A DNA stretch of 64,000 nt from the NCBI RefSeq assembly GCF_030684315.1, contig NC_081387.1, positions 16,399,409 to 16,463,408 on the forward strand, in the 5' to 3' direction. Source of the DNA: Stegostoma tigrinum. Lineage: Eukaryota. Positions 10,180-21,467 of the stretch are shown here, piece by piece. The notes beneath the pieces were generated by a model that saw only the letters and a list, made by a program, of their open reading frames with translations, was not told where the DNA came from and made no database searches. The translations under genes and the position numbers were made by a program. Positions within the stretch are counted from its first letter, which is position 1, and every line of letters begins with the position of its first letter.

Positions 10180-13026
10180 CAATGGTATGGATATGAATGG
10201 GCATGATTTAGTGACCATTACAGAGACATGGTTACAGGATGGTCATGACTGGGAGTTAAATATCCAGGGGTATTAAACTGTTCAGAAGGACAGACAGGAA
10301 GGTATGGGAGGTGGTGTTGCTCTGAGTTTTGAGGATGATATCAGGACGGTAGTGAGAGATGATATAGGTTCTACTGAACAAAACGTTGAATCCATTTGGG
10401 TGGAAATTAGGAATAGCAGGGGAAGCAGTCACTGATAGGTGTGGCCTATAGGCCACTAAATAATGACATCGTGGTGGGGCGGGCAATAAACATAGAAATA
10501 GCGAAATCATGTAAAAACGGTACAGCAATTATCATGGGGGATTTTCATCTACATATCGATTGGTCAAACCAGGCCGGTCATGGCAGCCTTGAGGAGGGGT
10601 TCATAGAAGGCATCTGCGATAATTTCCATGAACAATATGTAATGGAACCTACAATGGAGCAAGCTATTCTAGATCAAGTCTTGTGTAATAAGACAGGAAT
10701 AATTAATGATCTCACAGTTAGAGATCCTCTCGGAAGGAGCGATCACAGTATGGTCGAATTTAAAATTCACATGGAGTGTGAGATGGTTAAATCTAGTTCC
10801 TATGTCCTATTCTTAAACAAAGGAGATTATGAAGGAATGAGGGAGGAGTTAGCTAATGTAGAATGGGAACAAAAACTTTACGGTGGGTCAATTGAGGAAC
10901 AGTGGAGGACTTTCAGAACGATTTTTCACAGTGCTCAGCAGAAGCATATTCCAGTGATAAGGAAGAACTGTAGGAATAGAGAGAGCCAGCCATAGATGTC
11001 TAAGGAAATAAAGGATAGTATCAGATTGAAAAAAAACACATACACAAAAACAAAGAGTAGTGGGAAACTAGTAGACTGGGAAATATTTAAAGGCCAACAG
11101 AAAGCAATAAAAAAGATATAAAGAAAAGTAAGATAGATTATGAGGGTCAACAAGCTCAAAATATAAAAACAGGCAGCAAAAGTTTCAATAAATATGTGAA
11201 TCGTAAAAGAGTGGTGAAGGTAAACATTGGTGCTTTACAGGATGAGAAGGCCAATTTAATAACTGGGAATGAGGAAATAGCCAAGACATTAAACAGTTAT
11301 TTTGTGTCGGTCTTCGCAGTGGAAGACACAAATAACATGCCGAAAACTGATAGCAAGAAGGTTATTAGCAGGTGAGGACCTAGAAACTATCATTATCACT
11401 AAGGAGGCAGTGCTGGGCAAGCTAATGGGGCTAAAGATTGACAAGTCTCCTGGCCCTGATGAAATGCATTCCAGGGTCGTAAAAGAGGTGATGGGGGAAA
11501 TAGCAAATGCACTAGTAATTATTTACCAAAATTCACTGGACTCTGGGGTGGTTCCCGCAGATTAGAAAACAGCCAAAGTGACGCCACTGTTTAAAAAAGG
11601 AAGTAGATAAAAGGCAGGTAACTATAGGCCAGTTAGCTTAAACTCGGTAGTGGGGAAAATGCTTGAATCTATCATCAAGGAAGAAATAGCAAGACATCTG
11701 GATATAAATTGTCCCATTGGAAACCCCCAGCATGGGTTCATGAAGGGCATGTCATGTTTAACTAATTTGGTGGAATTCTTTGAGGACATTACTTGTGTGG
11801 TGGGCAATGGGGAAACTGTGGATGTGGTGTATCTGGATTTCCAGAAGGCGTTTGACAAAGTGTCACATCAAATGCTGCTACATAAGATAAGTTTGCATGG
11901 TATTACAGGTAATGTATTGGCATGGATAGAGGATTGGTTGACCAGTAGAAAGCAAAGAGTAGGGGTAAATGGGTGTTTTTCTGGTTGGCGGTCAGTGGCT
12001 AGTGGTGCGCCTCAGGGGTCAGTGTTGGGACTGAAATTGTTTACAATTTACATAGATGATTTGGAGTTGGGGACTAAGTGTGGTGTGTCAAAATTTGCAG
12101 ATGACACTAAAGTGAGTGGTAGAGCAAAGTGTGCAGAAGACAGTGAAAGTCTGCAGAGGGATATAGATAGTCAAAGTGAGTGGGCAAAGGTCTGGCAGAT
12201 GGAGGGCAATGTTGATAAGTTTGAAGTCATCCATTTTGGTAGGAATAACAGCAAAATGGACTATGTTTTGAATTGTGAAAAAATGCAGCACGCTGCTATG
12301 CAGAGGGACTTGGGTGTCCTTGTGTGTGAATCGCTAAAGGTAGGATTGAAGGTACAGCAGGTAATCAAAAAGGCAAATGGAATTTTGCCTGCCATTGCTA
12401 GAGAGATGGAGTTTAAAAACAGGGAGGCTATGCTGCAACTGTGTAGGGTCTTGGTGAGGCCCCACCTGGAGTATTGTGTATAGTTTTGGTCTCCTTACTT
12501 GAGAAGAGATATACTAGCAATGGAGGGGGTGCAGAGGAGATTCACTCGGTTGATTCCAGAGTTGAGAGGTTTGGATTAGGAGGAGAGACTGAGTAGAATG
12601 GGATTATACTCACTAGAATTAGAAGAATGAGGGGAAACCAGAAACATATAAGATTATGAAGGCAATAGATAAGGTGGAGGCAGGGAGGCTGTTTCCGCTA
12701 GCAGGTGAAACTAGGACTAGAGGGCATCACCTCAAAATAAAGGGAAGCAGATGTAGGACGGAGTTCAGGAGGAACATTTTCACCCAAAGGGTTGTGAATC
12801 TGTGGAATTCCCTGCCCAGTGAAGTGGCAGAAGCTACCTCACTGAATGTTTTTAAGGCAAGGCTAGATAAATTTTTGAAAGGTAAGAGAATTAAGAGTTG
12901 TGGTGAGTGGGTGAGTAAGTGGAATTGAGTCTCAAAGATTCTATTAAATGGCAGGGCAGGCTCAAGGGGCCAGATGGCCTACTCCTGCTCCTAGTTCTTA
13001 CGTTCGTTATGTTCTTAGGTTCTTAA
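10180..13026 (+). mobile_element. CR1 LINE, near-complete ORF2 (APE endonuclease + RT), inactivated by stops/frameshifts
   Basis: AYRP, IIMGDFH, GRSDHSMV (APE); KSPGPD, YLDFQKAFDKV, GAPQGSVLG, KFADDTK (RT); FTQRVVNLWN; short-repeat 3' tail (ttcttatg-like). Confidence 0.95.
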
Positions 13027-13564
13027 CCTCGACAGTAATGTACTTTTCCAGAGCCCAAATACTGCCATCAATGCTGTAATCGATTAACCATCGAGCTCAA
13101 TGTTTTCCAAATACTTCTCTTAACTTCTCCAGATCTGCATAAATTAGAAATTATCACTCCAAACATTCTCCAGAGGCATTCTTTATTTTGGAAAGTTGCT
13201 GTTCCACGCGAGTTGGTCTTTGAAAAATGGTTCTATTGTACACTTCTGAACCCTTACTTCAGGCGGATCAGAAACAAGTTTGATGGTGGTATCAGTCTGT
13301 TAATAGACAATGTGCTGACACTACAGCCAGATTCCAGACGCAACTGAATCCGCCTTTGACTTCAAACTCATCAAAACCTAGTTCTGGGAGCAACCTTATA
13401 TCCACTGGGAAATAGAACTCCAATCTAATCTCACCTTCATCAACTTAAAAAGGAATTCAGCGAGTTTAGCCACATTACATACCTGTACTCACTATTCTTG
13501 TGGTCTCAGTCAAAATCCATGTGAATTAATCCTCATATCTTTCAGTTATTCCTGATTGTAGACA

Positions 13565-13683
13565 AGGATCCTAACACAAAATGTCAACTTTCCTGCTCCT
13601 CTGATGCTGCCTGGCGTGCTGTGTTCTTCCAGCCCCACACTGTGTTATCTCTGACTCCAGCCTCGACAGTTCTCACTGTCTCT
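13565..13683 (+). mobile_element. PLE pLTR-derived short element (single arm, decayed)
   Basis: cctgctcctctgatgctgcctgg...gttatctctgactccagc matches the arms of the palindromic elements elsewhere in the window. Confidence 0.75.
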
Positions 13684-14224
13684 ATTTCCTTTCCTTCTTG
13701 GATTTTCTCTTGCTGGTATGCTTGTGCACAGCTATTTTGTTACAAAAATTGCCCCCTGGGTTTGAATGCAAAAACAAGCTATAATTTTGGTTTGCAAGAT
13801 TGCCGCAGGCCCCTCAAAAGTTGGACTTCATAAACTGAAGGTTTGGAGATGTGACGCAACCAAGCCTATTTCAGAAGAGAGATAAAAAAAACTTTTGAAA
13901 AGCTCTGCTTACAGCAGAAGAGGAGAACATTTAAATATTTTAACACTGTCTCTCTCTCTCTCTCTCTCTCTCCCCCTTTCCATACCACAGGGCTCTTTGA
14001 TATAACACCCAGTCAAACAGTATGCTTGTGTCCAGAGCTGTCACACTCACCTCACCTCTGGAATTCAGCTCTTTTGTCCATGTTCGAATCAAGGCTGTAA
14101 TGAGGACAGGAGCTGAGTGGCCCTGGTGGCACCCAAACTAGGCTTCAGTAAGTAGGATTTTGCTAACTCTAACCTAACCCTAAAAATAACGATAACCCTA
14201 ATCCTGTTGATGGCATGAATAGAA

Positions 14225-14548
14225 TAAAACCCTTACAGTGTGGAAGCAGGCCACTCATCTCATCAAGTCCACACCGACTCTCTGATGAGCATCTCATCCA
14301 GACCCACCGCTGACTATATCCATACATTTCCAATGGCTTATCCACCTAAATCATGCATCCCTGGACACTATGGGCCAATTTCTCATGGCCAATCCACCTA
14401 GCCTGTGCATCTTTGGATTTTTGGAGGAAACTGGAACACCCAAAAGAAACCCACACAGACATGGGGGGATTGTGCGAACTCCACAGAGACAGTTGCCCGA
14501 GGGTAAAACAAAACCCAGGCCCCTGGCGTTATGAGGCATTGAACAAAT
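14225..14548 (-). mobile_element. tRNA-derived SINE
   Basis: Reverse complement of the 7718-7982 family (ccaatccacctagcctgtgcatctttgga...gccaccgtgcc). Confidence 0.8.
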
Positions 14549-15500
14549 GATGCCACCGTGCCAACCCAACCTTCCGTCTGTTTACTGATGATTGAAAGTA
14601 GACCGCTGAGGCAGTAATTGGCAGGATTGGATTTGTACTGCTTTTTGTGCACAAGACATACCTGGGCAAGTCTCTAGTTATTGGGAAGATGCTAGTGTTG
14701 TAGTTGCTCTGGAACAATTTGGCTTTGGGTGCAGATAGTTCTGGAGCACCAGTCTTCAGTTCAGCTGCTGGAATGTTGTCAGGGTCCACTGCCCTTTCGG
14801 AATCCATTGTCCACGGCCATTTCTTGCTATCACATGGAGTGAATTGAATTGATTGAAGAATTAGATCTCAAATTCTAGGGACATCAGGAGGCGGCTAAGA
14901 TGAATCACTTGACGTTGATGCAAATTCTTCAGCCTTGCCTTCTACATTGATGTGCTTTGCTGAAAAGTCATTGAGGACATTGATCTTCTTCCTCCAGTTA
15001 ATTTTTCAACTGCCCACCACTATTCACAATTCGATTTGCTGTGGGATCACTTAGCCATATTGATCACAGGCTGATCCTGTCGTTCGGCATTCAAACAGTC
15101 CTGCCTTGTTACATTATCAACCTCCTTTTTAGGAGGGCTGCTCCTGGCTTGCCCTCCTGCACTCTCCATTGAACCAGAGTTGACCCCTTGGCCTGAAGAC
15201 AGTGGTAGACTGGGGGATAGGCCAGGTTACAGGTTGCGGTTCAATACAATTCTCCTGCTGACGTCCCACCTCTAGATGCAAATTGAGTTGCTGTTCAACT
15301 GTTAACTTAAAGTGAAAGTAGTGTCATGCTAGATGGTGGAGTGTGCCCTTAAAGTGAAGATGGGATTTTGTTTGCACAAGGACTGTGTGGGGCACACGCC
15401 TAACAATACTTTCAATAAGAGGTGGCTTCACTACAGGTAAAGCTGGTGGGCAGCCGTGCCAACTGCTGAGCCGCAGTGCCACCCTTGAAAGGAAGGATTT
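14549..15500 (-). mobile_element. Decayed CR1/L2-superfamily LINE ORF2 fragment (also ~14040-14165)
   Basis: Minus ORF AVDPDNIPAAELKTGAPELSAP..LFQ and PANYCLSGLLSII match the RT N-terminal region. Confidence 0.75.
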
Positions 15501-15959
15501 CACACGTTCAGAGCCCTGAGACATTTCCGTGGGTGTAGGCTGAGTGCTCTGAGCTCACAATTACTGTGCTTTACAAGATGGCGGTTTTTTTAAACATGTC
15601 CTTTTCGAGTTGAAGTTAAAAACGGAATGTTTCGAGAAGGGAGATGGTGAAAGTCTGATAAACACCTCAGTTCTAAGAAGTAGGCTGTGATCTCAGGTTG
15701 CCATGGGGAGAGAGAGAGAGAGAAAGTGAGAGAGAGGGAGAAAAAAACCAAATAGCAATGACTTAATCTGAAATCTGAAGCCTACCTTTTCTTCAGCTTG
15801 AAGGATTTATTGTGTTCCTCAGTTTGACTACTTTCAGACAGGGAACACCTCCACCATTGTGGGTTCTCTCTCAGGCACTTGAAACAAAGTTGAAAAGCAG
15901 AGAGATTAGGGCCGCTCTGTGGGCCAATGCCAGATGCCCGTTTCACGTGCAAGTTTCCC

Positions 15960-17320
15960 GTCTCAGTGGCTGCTCAACAGTATCTCAATGGCACTGTGTC
16001 TAACTGAGGGCTCATTCAGTGTCCACCCATTCCGTGCTACAGAGCAACACACCCTGAGGCTGTTCAGTTGATGTGTCTGCTGAAAGATCCACACACAGAG
16101 GCCTGTTCTACACTGGGGCCTGGGGTTCCTGACCTCTTGCCGAGCCATTGAACCTACTCTGGCGCTGGATCCAAACTTGGAGCTGACCAGGAGAGGACAC
16201 CTGCACCCATTCCTGCATAGCCCAGGCTCCCTTCAGCAATAGGGAAGGTGCATAACAGTATGCATCCGGAAGCTAGCGTGCACAAACCCATGAGGAAAGG
16301 CATCATGGCCCTCGTCTACCAGCTCAGGAGTGCGGGCGGGGGGAATTAGAAACTGGCGACCATTCTTACTGCTGAAGGCAGACTACAAAATCCTGTGCAA
16401 GCTCACTTCCAAACCATATCATGTCTGCTCTGGGATCAGTGATTCACCCCGACCAAATCTGTGCTACGTCAGGCAGGATGATCTCTGAGAGTTGTGTGAT
16501 ACTCAAGGGTATGATCAGCTACGTGAAGTGGTGGGGATGAACGTCTGACTTATCAGCCTGGACCAGGAGCAAGCCTCTGAAGGGATATTGAACTCATACA
16601 TGTGGGATGCACTCTCCAAAAATAGGCTTTGGGGAGGGAATTCACATCCAGATCCAACTGGATCTACTCCGACATTGCTAGTGCAGTCCCAATCAATGAG
16701 TTTCCCGATCCAGCATCAGGCAGGGCTGCCCGCTCTCTCCTGCCTTGTCTGTGTGCTGTATCAAGGGCTTTGCCGGGTCCATCAGGAAAGATGTGAGCCT
16801 GAGAGGGGTGACATTCCAGGCAGCAGGGGCCTGCAGGTTATGGGTGATGTTGCCATTTTCTGCTCAGATCCACTCTTAGCGCACAGGCTCATGAGCATCC
16901 GCAACAAGTTCGAACTGGCCTCAGAAACAGAGATAAATCAAGGCAAGAGTGAGGCCATGTTCTTCAGGGACTGCGCCGGCTGATCATTCATCCCCTTCAC
17001 TGTCAGGGCAGATTTCCTGAAGGTGCTGGGAATATGGTTCGGAGGGGCTGGGGCGTGCACAAAATCTTGGGAGGAGAGCATCACCAAGGTGAGGCAGAAA
17101 CTAGGCAGATGGGAGTACTGCTCCCTCACCATTGTGGGTAATAACCTGGTTATCGGGTGTGCAGAACTCTCTCTCTGTTGTTGTATGTGGCACAGCTCTG
17201 GCCCATTCCTGGAGGCTACACCACTGAAGTCACCTGAGCCGTCTTCTACTTCATTTGGAGGTCCAAGATGGAATGGGTATGAAGGGACACCATGTATAAA
17301 GTGTTAGACAAGGAGGGAAA
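15960..17320 (+). mobile_element. Tx1/L1-clade LINE ORF2 remnant
   Basis: NWRP..LL..DYKIL, HPDQ.C, DV.IF, INQGKSEAM, VLGIWFG, LGRWEYCSLTIVGNNLVI, with frameshifts. A matching 3' end lies at ~20030-20160. Confidence 0.85.
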
Positions 17321-18067
17321 GAAATAACATCGGGGATTGTGCTCAATGATTTGGAAGGCTTTGTGAATCACCAAATGGTCTGTTAATGTTAGTTCCATCA
17401 TTTTAAGCTTGACAGTGTGGTTCTTGGCTCCCCTTCTTTGTTTACTTGATAAGTTATGCCTATGGCAGGATGTGTCCTTCACACTATGCTAATGTATTTA
17501 GCACCTACTTGCTCTTTGTGTCTGGTGCCTGGGTTTTGTGACATTAGAGCTTTACTTGGCCAATGTACCCAGAATTCCTTGCTGTTTGGCAATCTGCCTG
17601 TGCTTTGACAGCCAGGAGGCTGCTTCATTTAGCTGTCAAACACATCTCTGAGGGGAATCCTCTGTGCTACTCAGGGTTAAGAAAGTTCTCCCAATGTAGA
17701 AAGATAGGACCACCCACGGGCAAGAGAGTGGCGCAGAAGTGCTGTCTCTGGATCAAAAATCCGGGGACCTGTGCTCAAACCCCAAAGCAGCTCTTGGAAT
17801 TCAAACTAGCTTAATCAATAACTCGAAATGAAAGCCAGTTTAGTATGTGAGATGTGTACAGGGGAGAGCTTTGTATTGATTCGGGAAAATTACAGGTGCG
17901 TGAAAGGGAAGGATCTGTTAGGAAATCATCACTGACAGATGTAAAAACACAACTAGTTCTTTTATAGAGCAAAGTCTGATGTCCTTACCTGCTAGGTCTA
18001 TATGTGATTTCAGATCCACAGCAATATGGTTGGCTCTGAAAGGGGCCTGAAAGCCATTCAAAGATAC

Positions 18068-18283
18068 CAGATCAGAAAGCACACTCCACCAGGTTATAAT
18101 CCAACACGTTTATATGAAAGCACAACCTTACAGAGCTTCAGCCCTTCTTCAGGTGTTAGCGAACACCTGAAGAAAGAGCGCGGCTCTGAAAACTTGTAGT
18201 TTCAAATAAACCTGTTGGACTATAACCTGGTGTCATGTGATTTCTGGCCTTGTCCACCTCAGTCCAACATCGGCACCTCCACA
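18068..18283. mobile_element. Palindromic PLE-derived element, second family (decayed HHR ctgaagaaagagcgcggctctgaaa)
   Basis: Imperfect inverted repeat centred on ttcttcaggtgtt-agcg-aacacctgaagaa; arms caccaggttataatccaaca / tgttggactataacctggtg. Confidence 0.75.
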
Positions 18284-18439
18284 ACAAAAATACCAGATGA
18301 AGGGCAGTGGTTCCAGAGTGCGGCTCACCATCACCGTCTCAAGGAAACACTGATCTTGCCAGTGATTCTCAGGTCTCATTTTAACCTTTGTTCCCACCCC
18401 CATCGTGAAAATCAAGCTTAACTTAGCAGAACTGAGAGG

Positions 18440-18820
18440 GAGAGATAGTAAGAGCTGCAGATGCTGGAGAATCTGAGATAACAAGGCGTAGAGCTGGATG
18501 AACACAACAGGCCAAGCAGCATCACAGGAACAGACATATTTCTAGCACCTTCATGTACTCTGCCCTGACAGTGAAGGGGATGAACGATCAGCAGGCCCAG
18601 TCCCTGAAGAACATGGCCTCACTCTTGCCTTGATTTGCCTCGGCTCCTGAGGCCAGTTCGAACTGGTTGCAGATACTCATGAGTCTGTGCGCTGAGAGTG
18701 GATCTGAGCAGAAAATGACAACATCATCCATGTACAGGGAGGCTTTGACCTGCAGGCCCCTGCTCCTCTGGTGCTGCTTGGCCTGCTGAGTTCGTCCAGC
18801 TCTATACCTTGTTGTCTCAG
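18440..18820. mobile_element. Palindromic PLE pLTR element whose centre is replaced by a ~225-bp inverted Tx1/L1 RT fragment
   Basis: Arms ~18440-18533 and ~18760-18820 are inverted copies; the insert 18534-18760 (-) reads VKASLYMDDVVIFCSD...NQGKSEAMFF and is similar to 16825-17036. Confidence 0.8.
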
Positions 18821-19768
18821 GGGTGAGAGGGAAACAGCTTTGAAGCACAGAGAGAGGGAATCTAGGAAGATGGCGGCTAAGGAAGCAAATAAAGTCTGTG
18901 ATAGGATGGAAGAGAGAAAAGAGTAAATGTCAAAACAATAGTGGTGCAGATAAAAGGCATCTTAAAGGCTTCTGTACACAACTTTGAGTTTAGCAATTTC
19001 ATGGCCTTTGTTCGCAGCTTTTCAGATGGCAGCTGGTGGTAGCAAACTTTCTTCATTTAACACCTGCCCTGGACCCACCTCTTGCCCCTCTCCCATCAGC
19101 AGCAATCTCGGAATTTACTGAAACCCATTATTTTGTTAGCTCTTTTCAGTGCTGACAAGACATCGTCATCAACATGAAGAATGAGTTCTCTTTCTCTCTC
19201 CGAAACCCTGCTGAGATTTTCCATCGGCTTTGTAATTTGTTGCGTTTTGCTTTTGCTTGAAACCACTGTCCAATCAGGGCTTGGCTCATTTTGTTCCTTG
19301 TTATCACAAAAGAAAGCTTGCTTTTGTACCATGAATGTATCTTCGCTCTAGGAGGCTATAGTTAGCAAGAGAGAATATATATATTACAACCGCGGAAAAC
19401 AATCCCAACAGTTGCATTGGGCAAAGAAAGACTGCATTTATAGAGGACTTTCTCTTTTGCTGCATAAACCTTTATTGAATGTTGGCATCACTGTAACAAA
19501 GTAAATGTAATAGCTAAGTTGCACAAAATAAGATCCCAGGAACGATACAAAGGTAAAGCTACCACTGTCTTGCCAGATCATAGCTTGCAGGCTGGCACAT
19601 TCCAAGGCCCAGGACTACATGCTTGCAGCTTTGGGCAGCTGCCAGCAAGGAGCAGGGGGAAAAACACCACTACCTGAAGTTTTCCTGCTGAGGGTAAATG
19701 TGAGTCTACTCAGTTATTGGACACTCCCAGTATCTCAATGCATGTATAATAGACTGGTTCAAGTAAGA

Positions 19769-20013
19769 CATAACAAGGTGTACAGCTGGATGAACCCAGC
19801 AGGCCAAGCAGCACCAGAAGAGCAGGATGGCTGATGTTTCGGGCCTCCTGCTATCTCTGAAACAATTTTAACCCCACTGCGGCATTTCTGAAGAAGGGTC
19901 TAGGCCCGAAACTTCAGCCTTCCTGCTCCTCTGATGCTGCTTGGCCTGCTGTGTTCATCCAACTTTACACCGTGTTATCTCAGATTCTCCAGCATCTGTA
20001 GTTCCTACAATCT
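19769..20013. mobile_element. Palindromic PLE pLTR element with 15-bp TSD
   Basis: Inverted arms; HHR-like ctgaagaagggtctaggcccgaaac; TSD ctggttcaagtaaga at 19754-19768 and 20014-20028. Confidence 0.85.
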
Positions 20014-20562
20014 CTGGTTCAAGTAAGAGATGCCCTTGATTTGTTTGGAGAGAGTCAAACTCCAATGTTTCTTTGTTTCCTTGATACACTACTGTACAGA
20101 ACCAAACTGTGTTTGTGACTATACATATAAGATTTTTTATGAATAAAGTGTATTTTGCAATATTACAAGTCAAGCTGCTTTCTCATTGGAAAGAAATGAC
20201 TGGGGACAGTTTAACTGGAGGGTCATCCTGCCCCACATGGGGGGGTAATGGTTGAGAATTAGAATCCTTCATGGTACTCCTGACTGGTGTGAGAATTGAA
20301 CCTATGCTATTAGCATCACTCTGCAGTGCGCAGCCAACTGCACTAAAGTAACCCCAGTAGCAGGTAACTGGCCAAATAGTAGTGATATTGTTGAGGCACA
20401 CAGACTTTTACACGCACTTATGTCTCTGACACTTTCACTTCCATAATGAGAGGGCCTATTCATTCACAGAAGATACCTCCCACTTCTTAATAATGGAATT
20501 ACCAGCATTTCCCAAGCAAGTAGCACCTTTTCACTGTCGATCACTGCACACACAGTAATATG

Positions 20563-20692
20563 AAGCAAAGAACTGCGGATACTGGAGATCTGAAACAAAG
20601 CCAGAAATTGCAGGAGAAGCGCAGCAGGTCTGGCAACATCTGTGGGGAGAGAACCACAATTTACGTTTCGAGTCCAGTGACCCTTCATCAGA
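20563..20692 (-). mobile_element. PLE-type short element, third family (single arm, HHR-like ctgatgaagggtcactggactcgaaacgt)
   Basis: Same family at ~19160-19260, ~30845-30965, ~42018-42178 and ~53025-53155. Confidence 0.7.
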
Positions 20693-21467
20693 TCAGTTGC
20701 CAGATCTGCCTAGTTTCTTCAGAAAGTTTTGATTTTGTTGCGACATGAATGGTGGGCTCAGTTGAAATGGAATTAAACGTTTGCCTGCAACCCTTTCTTT
20801 TACATTAATTTAAACACTGCCGAGCACCCCCCGTACCCCCACAATCTGAACAAAAATACTGAAAACCAACAGGCGCTCACACAACCAACTAGTACATTAA
20901 AGCACAGAGGCAAAAAAAACAAAGAATTTATTCAAATTTGTCACATATGTCTCTTTGATGGCCATATATAAATTGCAGCCACAGATAAAGATTTTGATGT
21001 CTCAAATATGAAAGGATGAAAAGAGCGGCAGTTTATCACATTATCTAAAGCCACTAGTGTGAAGCCATGGCTGTGAGTGTGTTGCAGAACTGCAAAGAGC
21101 CTAACCTCAAGTATTAGTTTCAGAGTGAGTGTTGGTCAAATGTGTTGTATAGATTTGTTTTAGTTTCCATTGGTTGAGGTACAATTTCATAATCTACATC
21201 TCTCCTTTCCCTTGAATTAATGGGAAAATCTTTCCTCTATAAGCATGTGTAATGATTTGTAATTGGTAAGAGCAATTCTACCCTGCTCAGTACAGATCCT
21301 TATCTTTCAAACATCTGTAATTTCCGCTAATCGAAAAGAGGCTCTTCCTCAATTCGCATCTGGCAAATATACAAGGGATTATTTTCCCATGTGAATCTCA
21401 TTCTAAATCCTCTTTTATTTCAAATAATTTTGTTGATGGGAACTTTCATTTCTCCCTTCAATAACGT

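Noticed and set aside
15530-15790. Possible LTR remnant
   Set aside because: No partner LTR, PBS or internal gag/pol sequence recognised.
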